From contig JAPLKK010000015.1 of NCBI GenBank assembly GCA_026388115.1, forward strand, positions 2,988-66,987: a stretch of 64,000 nt of DNA. The letters run 5' to 3'. Shown in pieces: positions 35,032-43,382 of this stretch. The notes beneath the pieces were generated by a model. That model ran no database searches, was not told the DNA's origin, and worked only from the letters and a program-made list of their open reading frames with translations. The translations under genes and the position numbers were made by a program. Each line of letters begins with the position of its first letter. Position 1 is the first letter of the stretch. The DNA is from Elusimicrobiota bacterium (GTDB taxonomy: Bacteria; Elusimicrobiota; Elusimicrobia; UBA1565; JACRDR01).

Positions 35032-35841
35032 CTAGAGCTTGAGTTCGGTCCGGGCTCCGAAGACATCGTCTTCGCCGCCGTCGATGACGATGCGGCCGGT
35101 GTACTTGCCCGGCATGACGCCGGGGAGTTCTATCTCTTGCTTGACGCAGGTCCCCGGATAGACCCGCATCTTACGGCCGTGGAACAGGCCGGCCTTCGCT
35201 CCTCTGGAATCGAAAAGCTCCAAGGAGACCTCAGGCACGATCCAGCGTTGTCCCGAGTTCTTGATCTCCAATTCAAAGACGCTCTTGCCGTCTTTCTTGA
35301 CCAACTCCTTCTTGGGCAAGGTCACGTTGCTCTTGCCGCCCGTCCCGACTTGAGTCACGATCTGCACGCCGTAGCGGATGATCTGGCGTATGCCGACCTG
35401 GACCTGCTTCTCCTGGGCCCCGGGCGAGGGAGGCGCGGCGGCCTCCTCGATCATGATGAGCGACCAGTAGGTTCCGCTGAGAGTCGCCGTGGACTTTTGC
35501 GGGACGCGGATCGTGTAGTTGAAGGAGGCGGTCTCATTGGGCTGGATCGTCAGGAAATCGCGGCTCAACCCGATCCATTTGGCGTTGGAGCGCGGGTCCG
35601 TGCCCGGTTTGCCGTAGAGGTTGCGGCCGTCGCAGAAAAAGAGATAGTCGGTCTGATAGATCTTGGCCTGGGCGGGCGCGTCGCCCGTGTTCTTGAGGTG
35701 CAGAGTCCCGTCGTAGGCCTTGCCCGGCTCGACCGTGTACTCCTGCGTGAGCCCGTCCGCCACGGAAATGCCCGCGCGCGCCGGGCGCGCAAGAACGGGA
35801 AAAACCAGCAGCGAGACAAGGGCCGCCCGGCGCGCTCTCAT
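35032..35841 (-). CDS. Putative periplasmic pilus chaperone (PapD-like).
   Basis: Signal peptide and a two-domain size (~269 aa). GTLHLKNTGDAPAQAKIYQTDYLF resembles the PapD N-terminal strand. Overlaps the upstream subunit gene (ATGA). Confidence 0.45.
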   Translation of the reverse strand: MRARRAALVSLLVFPVLARPARAGISVADGLTQEYTVEPGKAYDGTLHLKNTGDAPAQAKIYQTDYLFFCDGRNLYGKPGTDPRSNAKWIGLSRDFLTIQPNETASFNYTIRVPQKSTATLSGTYWSLIMIEEAAAPPSPGAQEKQVQVGIRQIIRYGVQIVTQVGTGGKSNVTLPKKELVKKDGKSVFELEIKNSGQRWIVPEVSLELFDSRGAKAGLFHGRKMRVYPGTCVKQEIELPGVMPGKYTGRIVIDGGEDDVFGARTELKL

Positions 35842-36326
35842 GGCTGGATCACCGTGAACAGGAGTCCCGTCGTGTAGGTTCCGGGCGGGACCTGAAGCGA
35901 GAGGCCATCGAGCTTGACCTGGACTCCCACGGTGGGGTTTCCCTTCTCCGTGATGAAGGTCTGCGGCGAGGTCGTCACCAGCAGATAAGCCGTTCCTCCG
36001 CTGACGGTGCCGTTGTTCGAGGTCATCTGCACGTAGATGTTGAGGTTGGAGTTCCAGCCGGTATCCACCCGCTGGACGGTCACGTGGCTGTTGCCGCTGC
36101 CGCTGCCGCTGCCGCTGCCCACCGCGATGCTGAGCTGGTCGGTCGGGCTCGCGACGGGATTGGACAGGTTGCTGCCGGCCCCGGAGGCCAAGTTGGACGC
36201 TCCGACGGTCTGGCTCCACGAGCCCGTCACCGTTATCGTCACCGCCGCCAAGGCGGATCCAAGCCCGATGCCCAAGGCGACAGTCGTGAGCACCGTGACC
36301 ATGGACCCCCAAGCTCGCGTGCGCAT
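35838..36326 (-). CDS. Secreted fimbrial subunit-like protein containing a (GS)n linker.
   Basis: Signal peptide, a GSGSGSGSG stretch encoded by (GCCGCT)4, and the C-terminal LLFTVIQP. Confidence 0.45.
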   Translation of the reverse strand: MRTRAWGSMVTVLTTVALGIGLGSALAAVTITVTGSWSQTVGASNLASGAGSNLSNPVASPTDQLSIAVGSGSGSGSGNSHVTVQRVDTGWNSNLNIYVQMTSNNGTVSGGTAYLLVTTSPQTFITEKGNPTVGVQVKLDGLSLQVPPGTYTTGLLFTVIQP

Positions 36327-36823
36327 CAGTTCGTGCTCGTGAACGTCACCACAAAAGTAAAGTTAGTATTAGCCGAGACCGGGGTGCCGCTCGCCGTGCA
36401 GGAGGCGCCGTAGGTGACCGCCTTGTTCGAGTAGGCCCCGGCCGAGATGCCGGTCCAGACGCTCTGAGCGGGTTGGGCCGCGCCGCCGTTCACCAGCGTC
36501 ATCGTCCCCACTCCTCCGGCGACCGCCACCGTCAGGGTGATGTCGTTGCCGCTGGGTGGGGACGCCACCTGCGCGGTCACTTTGAGCGCCGTTGCGGAGT
36601 TGTGCGACAGGTTGAGCGCGGCGGCGGTGTCGGAGGCGCCGGTCAGGCTGTTGCTGCCCGCGGTTCCGGAGAGGCTGATGCCGGCGCCGTTGGTGACCGA
36701 CAGCTCGTTGATGGCGCTCAGCGTGAGGCTGATGTTGGCCGTGCCGCTGGTGGCGGCCCGGGCTTGCGGCGAGAACGCGGCGGAAAGCGCCAGCAGCGCG
36801 ACGGCGACGCGGAACGTTCTCAT
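36326..36823 (-). CDS. SCPU/Csu-like fimbrial subunit.
   Basis: Signal peptide MRTFRVAVALLALSAAFSPQARA. KVTAQVASPPSGNDITLTVAVAGG, and the C-terminal TNFTFVVTFTSTN. Confidence 0.5.
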   Translation of the reverse strand: MRTFRVAVALLALSAAFSPQARAATSGTANISLTLSAINELSVTNGAGISLSGTAGSNSLTGASDTAAALNLSHNSATALKVTAQVASPPSGNDITLTVAVAGGVGTMTLVNGGAAQPAQSVWTGISAGAYSNKAVTYGASCTASGTPVSANTNFTFVVTFTSTN

Positions 36824-37329
36824 GAGCTCACGCTCGTGAAGGTCACGGTATAGACGAAATTCGTCGAGGCGGAGACCTTCGTTCCGGTCACGGTGCATCG
36901 GGCGCCGTAGGTCACGGTGCGGTTGCTGAAAGCGCCAGCGGCGATGCCGGTGTAGACGTCCTGGCTCGCCTGGGCCGTCCCATTGCTGACCAACGTCTTC
37001 GTCCCGGCCCCGCCCGCCACGGCGACGGTCAGGGTGATGTCGTTGCCCGTCGGCGCGGTCGTCGCCTGCGCGGTGATCTTCTTAAGGCCGGTGCTGTTTT
37101 GGGTGTAGTTAAGCCGCGCCGTGGAATCGTTGACCGGCCCGAGCACCGCGCTCCCCGCCGGGTTGGCGATGGAACTGTCCAGCGTGATGGTCCCGCCGTT
37201 GGTGATGGCGAGGAGATCGAGCAGCGGGACCGTCACCGATTCGCTCGAATTGCCGCTGTTTCCAGCGAAGACCACGGAGGTAAGCCAGAGGAGGGCCGGT
37301 GCAAAAAGAAGCCCGAGGAGCGTCCTCAC
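36820..37329 (-). CDS. SCPU/Csu-like fimbrial subunit.
   Basis: Paralog of the previous gene. KITAQATTAPTGNDITLTVAVAGG, and the C-terminal TNFVYTVTFTSVSS. Confidence 0.5.
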   Translation of the reverse strand: MRTLLGLLFAPALLWLTSVVFAGNSGNSSESVTVPLLDLLAITNGGTITLDSSIANPAGSAVLGPVNDSTARLNYTQNSTGLKKITAQATTAPTGNDITLTVAVAGGAGTKTLVSNGTAQASQDVYTGIAAGAFSNRTVTYGARCTVTGTKVSASTNFVYTVTFTSVSS

Positions 37330-37458
37330 GTCACGGAGAATACAAAAATCTTGGGCGCGGGAGGGGCCGAGATCCTCCCGCGCCCGTCTGCGCGTCCTTG
37401 CCTCGTGCTTCTTACGTCTTACCTCCCGATCTGGCGCTGCTCAGCTCGCGTTCGCGGC

Positions 37459-38001
37459 TTACTGGTCGACGCTGGTGAAGGTGATGGTGAAGGCGAAGTT
37501 CGTCGCCGACCCGACCGGCGTTCCGGCGGCCGTCGCCTGCGCCCGGTATGTCACGACCTCGGTCGGATAGACACCGGCCGCGATGGCGGTGACGGCATCC
37601 TGGGCGCTGGCGGCGCTCCCGGCCTGGTACAGGGTCACGTAGGACCCCCCGCCGAAGCCGACCAGAGCATCCAGCTTGATGTCGTTTGTGCCCGAAGGGA
37701 CGGTCGTGGCTTGGGCCGTGATCTTCTTGTTCACGTTCTTATTGTGGATGTAGGACAGCCGCGCCGTGGTGTCGGTCGCCGGGCCCAGCAGCCCGCTCAC
37801 AGTCGGGTCCGCCTGGCTGTTGTCCAGGGTGATGGAGCCGCCGTTGGTCACGGTCATCTTATCCACCAGGCCCACGGACACGGTGACGTTCGAGGTCCCG
37901 CTTGCGGCAAGCGCGGGGAACCCGGAGACGATCAGCGACAACGACAGGACGGCGACGGCGAGCTTCTTCGCGAGGCTCTCGGGCTTCATGTTCTTGGTCA
38001 T
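37459..38001 (-). CDS. SCPU/Csu-like fimbrial subunit (first gene of the cluster).
   Basis: ATG preceded by a GAGGAGG SD. Signal peptide. KITAQATTVPSGTNDIKLDALVGFGGG, and the C-terminal TNFAFTITFTSVDQ. Confidence 0.5.
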   Translation of the reverse strand: MTKNMKPESLAKKLAVAVLSLSLIVSGFPALAASGTSNVTVSVGLVDKMTVTNGGSITLDNSQADPTVSGLLGPATDTTARLSYIHNKNVNKKITAQATTVPSGTNDIKLDALVGFGGGSYVTLYQAGSAASAQDAVTAIAAGVYPTEVVTYRAQATAAGTPVGSATNFAFTITFTSVDQ

Positions 38002-38036
38002 CTCGGCGCTCCTCCTCGGCTGAGGCAACTTCCATG

Positions 38037-38100
38037 AAGAGTATAGGCCACAATTGTGAACTAGATTGTAAGTCTAAATGTCAAATCAAGTGTTAAATAG
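38037..38100. repeat. TTGT-rich imperfect direct repeat and candidate regulatory region, right flank of the fimbrial cluster.
   Basis: AAGAGTATAGGCCACAATTGTGAACTAGATTGTAAGTCTAAATGTCAAATCAAGTGTTAAATAG. Sits in the divergent promoter region shared with rtcB. Confidence 0.5.
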
Positions 38101-38192
38101 ATGGACCGAACACCCCGCGCCGCCGCAGGCGCCCGATATATTGAGGAAAAGGGAACTTTTCAGGCGCTCGTTCGTATACTAAAGTAGGAGCC

Positions 38193-39623
38193 ATGATCCG
38201 GAAAATCGACGATTTTCGCTTCGAAATCCCGCAAGAAGGCGCCATGCGCGTGCCCGGCCGCATCATCGCCTCCGAGAAGCTCATCGGCAAGATCGACTCC
38301 GAGCGCGTCGCCGAGCAAGTGTCCAACGTGGCCACCCTTCCCGGCATCGTGGGCTACTCCCTAGCCATGCCGGACGCCCATTGGGGTTACGGTTTTTGCG
38401 TCGGCGGCGTCGCCGCCTTCGACGGCGTCGATGGGATCGTAAGCCCCGGCGGCGTCGGCTACGATATCGGGTGCGGAGTCAGGCTGTTGCGCACGGACCT
38501 GGAGGCCAAGAACGTGGCGCAGTACCTGCCGCGTCTTATGGACGGCCTGTTCCATGCCGTGCCCTCGGGCGTCGGGGCGGGCGGGGCTCTCCGTGTGCGC
38601 GCCGAGGAGATGAAGCAGGTCTTTCGCTTCGGCTCCAAATGGGCGGTGTCGCGCGGGCTCGGCGACGCGGACGATCTGACGGTCTGCGAGGACGGCGGCT
38701 TCTTGGGGGATGCGGGAGAGGACGTGCCCTCCGAGCGCGCGGTCGAGCGGGGTGCGGACCAGATCGGGACGCTGGGCAGCGGCAATCACTTCATCGAGGT
38801 GCAGGAAGTCGATGAAGTCTACGAGAAGGGCGTCGCGGCGGTCTTCGGGCTGTTCCCCGGGCAGCTGGTCGTCCTGATCCACACCGGCTCGCGCGGCTGC
38901 GGCTACCAGATCTGCGCGGATTTCCTGCAGGTCATGCGCAAGGCCGGACAGAAATATGGGATCCGCCTGCCGGATGCCCAGCTCGCCTGCGCGCCGCTGT
39001 CTTCCCCCGAAGCGCAGGAGTATTTTGCGGCGATGCGCGCGGGCTCGAACTTCGCGCGGGCGAACAGGCAAGCGATCACCCATCGCGTGCGGGAGGTGTT
39101 CGAGCGCACGCTCCAGCGCGGCCCGGCGGATCTCGGCATCCGCGTGGTCTACGACGTGAGCCATAATCTCGCGAAGATGGAGACGCACGTCTGGGAAGGC
39201 AGGGAGCGCAAGCTGTGCGTCCACCGCAAGGGCGCCACGCGAGCCTTCCCGGCCGGCCATCCCGATGTGCCCGAGCCGTACCGCGCCGTCGGTCAGCCCG
39301 TGCTGCTGCCGGGTTCGATGGGGACGCATTCCTTTGTCCTGATCGGCACCGAGCAGGCGCTGAAGGAAACGTGGGGAACGACGGCGCACGGGGCGGGGCG
39401 CAGGATGAGCCGCACGCAGGCGGCCAAGCGCGTGAGCGGCGCCGAGCTTATGCGGCAACTCGCGGCCGAGGGGATCATCATCCGGACCGATTCCTTGCGC
39501 GGGCTGGCGGAAGAGGCGCCGTTCGCCTATAAAGACGTCTCGGAAGTCGTCGACGCCTGCCATCAGTCGGGGATATCGCGCAAGATCGCGAGGATGAGGC
39601 CGCTGGGAGTGGTGAAAGGCTGA
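38193..39623 (+). CDS. rtcB: RNA-splicing ligase RtcB.
   Basis: The RtcB signature is present throughout (PDAHWGYG, GSGNHF, HNLA..E). An AGGAG SD precedes the ATG. Confidence 0.93.
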   Translation: MIRKIDDFRFEIPQEGAMRVPGRIIASEKLIGKIDSERVAEQVSNVATLPGIVGYSLAMPDAHWGYGFCVGGVAAFDGVDGIVSPGGVGYDIGCGVRLLRTDLEAKNVAQYLPRLMDGLFHAVPSGVGAGGALRVRAEEMKQVFRFGSKWAVSRGLGDADDLTVCEDGGFLGDAGEDVPSERAVERGADQIGTLGSGNHFIEVQEVDEVYEKGVAAVFGLFPGQLVVLIHTGSRGCGYQICADFLQVMRKAGQKYGIRLPDAQLACAPLSSPEAQEYFAAMRAGSNFARANRQAITHRVREVFERTLQRGPADLGIRVVYDVSHNLAKMETHVWEGRERKLCVHRKGATRAFPAGHPDVPEPYRAVGQPVLLPGSMGTHSFVLIGTEQALKETWGTTAHGAGRRMSRTQAAKRVSGAELMRQLAAEGIIIRTDSLRGLAEEAPFAYKDVSEVVDACHQSGISRKIARMRPLGVVKG

Positions 39624-39633
39624 CCGGGGCATT

Positions 39634-40173
39634 TTGCTAGAATCAAGCATCGTGCGCTTCGCTATTTTCGCCCTCAGCCTATTGCTCGCGCTCCCCGCTT
39701 CGGCGGAGCTGGTGCTCAAAAGCGTTTCCTGGCAGATGACTGCCGCGGGAGGCCCTCCCGGAGCTCATCGGTCGTTCAAGCCCATCGAGAAATGGGTCCA
39801 GCCGGCGGTGGCGCGTCTGGCAAAGAGGCCACGGGCGTTGGTCACCGTGGAGAACCGCGGCCCGAGCGCGGTGGACGGCATGGTGCTCCGCTACGCCCTC
39901 TCGGCGCGCTTGGTGAAGGCGGGAACCGAGGGACAGCCGGGCGTCTGGACCGTCCCCTTTTACCTGAATGAGCGGCGCGTCCCTCGCGTGCGGGCCGGCC
40001 AGGTGAAGGAGATCCCGCTCAACGATCTCGTGCTCGATGTTTTCTTGAAGAAGGTCTATCGCGCTGGCTACTGGCCGGACGCGCTGAAGATCGAAGTCAT
40101 GGTCGAGCCGCGCGCGGGCGAAGGCCTGGAGCAGCGCATGCTCGAAGAGACTCTGCCGGTGGTGCCGAAATGA
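39634..40173 (+). CDS. Hypothetical secreted protein.
   Basis: Signal peptide (FAIFALSLLLALPASA). Start is ambiguous: TTG at 39634 or GTG at 39652. Confidence 0.4.
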   Translation: MLESSIVRFAIFALSLLLALPASAELVLKSVSWQMTAAGGPPGAHRSFKPIEKWVQPAVARLAKRPRALVTVENRGPSAVDGMVLRYALSARLVKAGTEGQPGVWTVPFYLNERRVPRVRAGQVKEIPLNDLVLDVFLKKVYRAGYWPDALKIEVMVEPRAGEGLEQRMLEETLPVVPK

Positions 40174-41471
40174 ACGACCCGAAGCTCCTGCGCGCCGACC
40201 CGGACGCCGCCCGCAAAGGGATCCAGTCGCGCGGCGGCCGCTACCTGCCCGCGCTCGAGGAATTCTACGGCCTCGAGCAGAAGCATCGCGCGCTGCTCAA
40301 GGAGGTGGAGGAGCTGCGCGCCCGCCGCAACGAGTCCAGCGCCCGCATCGGCAAGGCGATGGCGGCCAAGGAGGAGGGCGTCGCCGCCTCCCTCAAGGCC
40401 GAGGTGGGCCGGCTCAAAGTCGAGATGGGCGCGAAGGAGAAGGAGCTGGAGGCGTTGTCGGCCAAGGTGCGCGACCTATCGCTCTCCATCCCCCATCTCC
40501 CCCACGCGAGCTGCCCGGCCGGGAAGTCCGCGGCGGACAACGTGGAGCGGCGCAAGGGCGGGCCGGCGCCCTCGACGGCAAAGGCGCTGGACCACCAGAC
40601 GATGGGCGAGAAGCTCGGCATCCTCGACATGGAGGCGGCGGCGAAGCTCTCCGGCTCGCGCTTCGTCCTGCTCAAGGGCGCGGGGGCCCGGCTCGAGCGG
40701 TCGGTGGTCAATTTCATGCTGGACCTTCATACGACCAAGCACGGCTACCTCGAGGTCGCGCCGCCTTACCTCGTGCGCCCCGAGGTGCTCGTGGGCACCG
40801 GTCAGCTTCCCAAGTTCCGCGAGGACATGTATGCCACCGCTGACTCCTCCTCCGAGGGGGGCGCCCGCGAGCTCTTCCTCATCTCGACCTCCGAGATCCC
40901 GCTGACCAACCTCGTGCGCGAATCCATCCTGGAGGAAGCCAAGCTTCCCTTGCGCTTCACGGCGGGCACGCCGTGCTTCAGGCAGGAAGCCGGCTCCTAT
41001 GGCAAAGACGTCCGCGGCATGATCCGCGTGCACCAGTTCAACAAGGTCGAGCTGGTATGGGTCACGCGTCCCGAGGATTCCCTGGACGCCCTGGAGCGGC
41101 TGACGAGCCACGCCGAGGCGGTGCTTTCCGCGCTCGAGCTGCCGTACCGGGTCCTCGAGCTTTGCACCGCCGACATCGGCTTCGCGTCGCGCAAGACTTA
41201 CGATCTGGAGGTCTGGATGCCGTCGGAGGGGCGGTACCGCGAGATCTCTTCGTGCTCCGATTGCGGCGATTTCCAGGCGCGGCGCATGAACGCGCGTTTC
41301 CGGCGCGCGAAGGGCGCAGCCGAGCTCGTCCACACGTTGAACGGCAGCGGCGTGGCGGCGGGACGCTTGGTCGCCGCGATCCTCGAGAACTTCCAGAAGC
41401 CCGACGGCTCCCTGGCCGTTCCGGCGGCGCTGGTGCCGTACTTCGGAGCCGACTCGATCCGGCCCGCGTGA
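40170..41471 (+). CDS. serS: Seryl-tRNA synthetase.
   Basis: N-terminal coiled-coil arm plus class II aaRS core motifs. Confidence 0.92.
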   Translation: MNDPKLLRADPDAARKGIQSRGGRYLPALEEFYGLEQKHRALLKEVEELRARRNESSARIGKAMAAKEEGVAASLKAEVGRLKVEMGAKEKELEALSAKVRDLSLSIPHLPHASCPAGKSAADNVERRKGGPAPSTAKALDHQTMGEKLGILDMEAAAKLSGSRFVLLKGAGARLERSVVNFMLDLHTTKHGYLEVAPPYLVRPEVLVGTGQLPKFREDMYATADSSSEGGARELFLISTSEIPLTNLVRESILEEAKLPLRFTAGTPCFRQEAGSYGKDVRGMIRVHQFNKVELVWVTRPEDSLDALERLTSHAEAVLSALELPYRVLELCTADIGFASRKTYDLEVWMPSEGRYREISSCSDCGDFQARRMNARFRRAKGAAELVHTLNGSGVAAGRLVAAILENFQKPDGSLAVPAALVPYFGADSIRPA

Positions 41472-41487
41472 GCGGCCCCCTCTCGCC

Positions 41488-42414
41488 GTGCCAGCCTTGA
41501 GCCGGCGAGCTGTGGCCGCCCTCGCCTGCGGCGCGGCGCTCGCGTGCGCGGCCGCGGGCGCCTTGGCGGCCGGCTCGCGCTGGGCGGCCGAGTTCTTCTA
41601 CCTCTTCGCCTGGGCGGGGACGCTGCTGTGCGTCGCGGGCTTTCAGGACGCCGTGCTCGGACGCTCCTTCCTCGACGAGCCCAGGCGGCTCGCGCGGATG
41701 GCCGCCCTGTCGGCGCCCTGGTGGCTCCTGTTCGAGGCGGTGAACTTCCGCCTCGGCGACTGGACCTACGACGGTCTGCCGTCGAACCGATGGATCCGCT
41801 GGGCCGGATACGCGTTCGCCTTCGCGACCGTCTTGCCCGCGGTCCTGGAGTCGGCGCGCCTCGTCGAACCGGCTTGCGCGGGCCTGCGCCCCAAGCCGAG
41901 GCCCCGGCTGCTCGGCGACGCGGCGCGAGGGGCGTGCCTCATCCTCGGGCTCCTGTCCGCCGTCCTGCCGCTGCTGTGGCCGCGCCTGTTCTTTCCGCTG
42001 GTCTGGGGCGCCGTCTTCCTGCTCGTGGAGCCGTGGCTGGCGGCGCGCGCGCCCGAGCGCTCTTGGCTCGCCGCCTGGGCTCGCGGCCGGGCCGGACCGG
42101 CCGTCTCGCTCCTTGTCTCCGGCGCGGCGTGCGGCCTGCTGTGGGAGCTGTTCAACTTCTGGTCGGGCGCCAAATGGCGGTACGCGGTCCCTTGGCCGCG
42201 GGGGCCCAAGCTCTTCGAGATGCCGTGGGCGGGCTATCTCGGCTTTCCCCCCTTCGCGCTCGAGTGCGCGAGCGCATGGGGGCTGGCCGAGACCGTGCGC
42301 GAGCGGATGAGCCCGGCGAAGAAGCTCGTCGCGGCGGCGGCCCTCGCCGGCTTGAGCCTCTTGGCCTTCGCGGGCATCGACGCGTGGACCGTAAAGAGCT
42401 TTGTTTCCTATTGA
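41488..42414 (+). CDS. Hypothetical polytopic membrane protein.
   Basis: Several Trp- and Leu-rich hydrophobic segments. No recognisable motif. Confidence 0.4.
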   Translation: MPALSRRAVAALACGAALACAAAGALAAGSRWAAEFFYLFAWAGTLLCVAGFQDAVLGRSFLDEPRRLARMAALSAPWWLLFEAVNFRLGDWTYDGLPSNRWIRWAGYAFAFATVLPAVLESARLVEPACAGLRPKPRPRLLGDAARGACLILGLLSAVLPLLWPRLFFPLVWGAVFLLVEPWLAARAPERSWLAAWARGRAGPAVSLLVSGAACGLLWELFNFWSGAKWRYAVPWPRGPKLFEMPWAGYLGFPPFALECASAWGLAETVRERMSPAKKLVAAAALAGLSLLAFAGIDAWTVKSFVSY

Positions 42415-42463
42415 ACCCTCACCCCGGCCCTCTCCCGCCGTAGGCGGGAGAGGGAGAAGGACT
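42415..42463. repeat. GC-rich REP-like hairpin repeat, copy A. It acts as a bidirectional terminator-like hairpin between convergent genes.
   Basis: GAACCCTCACCCCGG CCCTCTCCCGCC gta GGCGGGAGAGGG AGAAGG. The 12-bp perfect stem spans 42428-42454. Confidence 0.7.
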
Positions 42464-43382
42464 ACTGCCAGGAATCGGGGATGTTGAGCTTGCGGCGAAG
42501 GTCCGTGCGCACCTGCTCCATGCACTGGGCGACGGGAGCGGAGTCGCTCGGCCCCGCCCGATATAGTTCGGTGAAGCGGCTCCAGCCCTGGCGCGGCATG
42601 CCTTTCTCGGCGTGGTCGAAATACAAGGACAAGGCCGCGCTCAGATACTCGCCGGTGGTCTGCGTGGCGCGCGGATCGAGCGCCGCGAGCCTGCCCTCGA
42701 TGTCCGCGATGTGGCTGTCGAACCAGCCGGCGTAGCGCTGGGAGGCGGGCTCGAGGGCGCCGTTCTTGAAGGCGTAGATCGAGCTGCGATAGGCGAAGCG
42801 CGCCATCGTGTGGAATCCGCCGCACTCGACGTCGAAAAGCGAGCCGAGGGGAAGCGAGCGCGTCACGACCTCGGGCTGGCCGTCGCCGTCGAGGTCCTGC
42901 AGCCGCCCTTCCGGCAGGGGCGTCGATTCCGGCGACGCCTTTCCGGCGGAGAACCGCACCAGCCGCAGGGAGCTCGTTCCCAGCGCCGAGATCGAGTAGG
43001 CCAGCGTCGGCTTGCCGTCGCCGTAGAGCGCCGGCATCTTCCCTCCGTCGTGCACGTGCTCCAGCGCGATGCGGTGGCTCGAGCTGAGCTCCAGGTAGCA
43101 GAGCTGCGCCGCGCGCCCCTTGCCCAGCCAGACGCGGAGGCGGTCATGGTCGCCGGAGGGGTCTTCGAAGACATAGACGCCGTACCAGGAGCCGCCGCCG
43201 GCCGGGACGAGGAGCTTGCGCTTGACCGACCAGCCTTGCGAGACCACCTTCTCGGCCTCTGTCGCCATCGCGTCTTTCGCGGTGTTCGTGGCGGCGCGGG
43301 CGGGGAAAGGCGACGCGAGGCACGCGAGCGCGGCCCAGGCGAGGACGCTCCGCCTCACGGCCTCACCGCGAAGCGCTTCCAC
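42462..43382 (-). CDS. Hypothetical secreted protein.
   Basis: Signal peptide. No recognisable domain. Confidence 0.4.
   Translation of the reverse strand: MEALRGEAVRRSVLAWAALACLASPFPARAATNTAKDAMATEAEKVVSQGWSVKRKLLVPAGGGSWYGVYVFEDPSGDHDRLRVWLGKGRAAQLCYLELSSSHRIALEHVHDGGKMPALYGDGKPTLAYSISALGTSSLRLVRFSAGKASPESTPLPEGRLQDLDGDGQPEVVTRSLPLGSLFDVECGGFHTMARFAYRSSIYAFKNGALEPASQRYAGWFDSHIADIEGRLAALDPRATQTTGEYLSAALSLYFDHAEKGMPRQGWSRFTELYRAGPSDSAPVAQCMEQVRTDLRRKLNIPDSWQ

Noticed and set aside
36093-36119. Possible CRISPR array or other repeat array.
   Set aside because: Only a short hexanucleotide microsatellite inside a coding frame. There are no spacer-repeat periodicity, leader or cas genes anywhere in the window.
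38100-38192. Sigma54 (-24/-12) promoter upstream of rtcB.
   Set aside because: No TGGCAC-N5-TTGC match was found. Only a -10-like TATACT and an AGGAG SD are visible.
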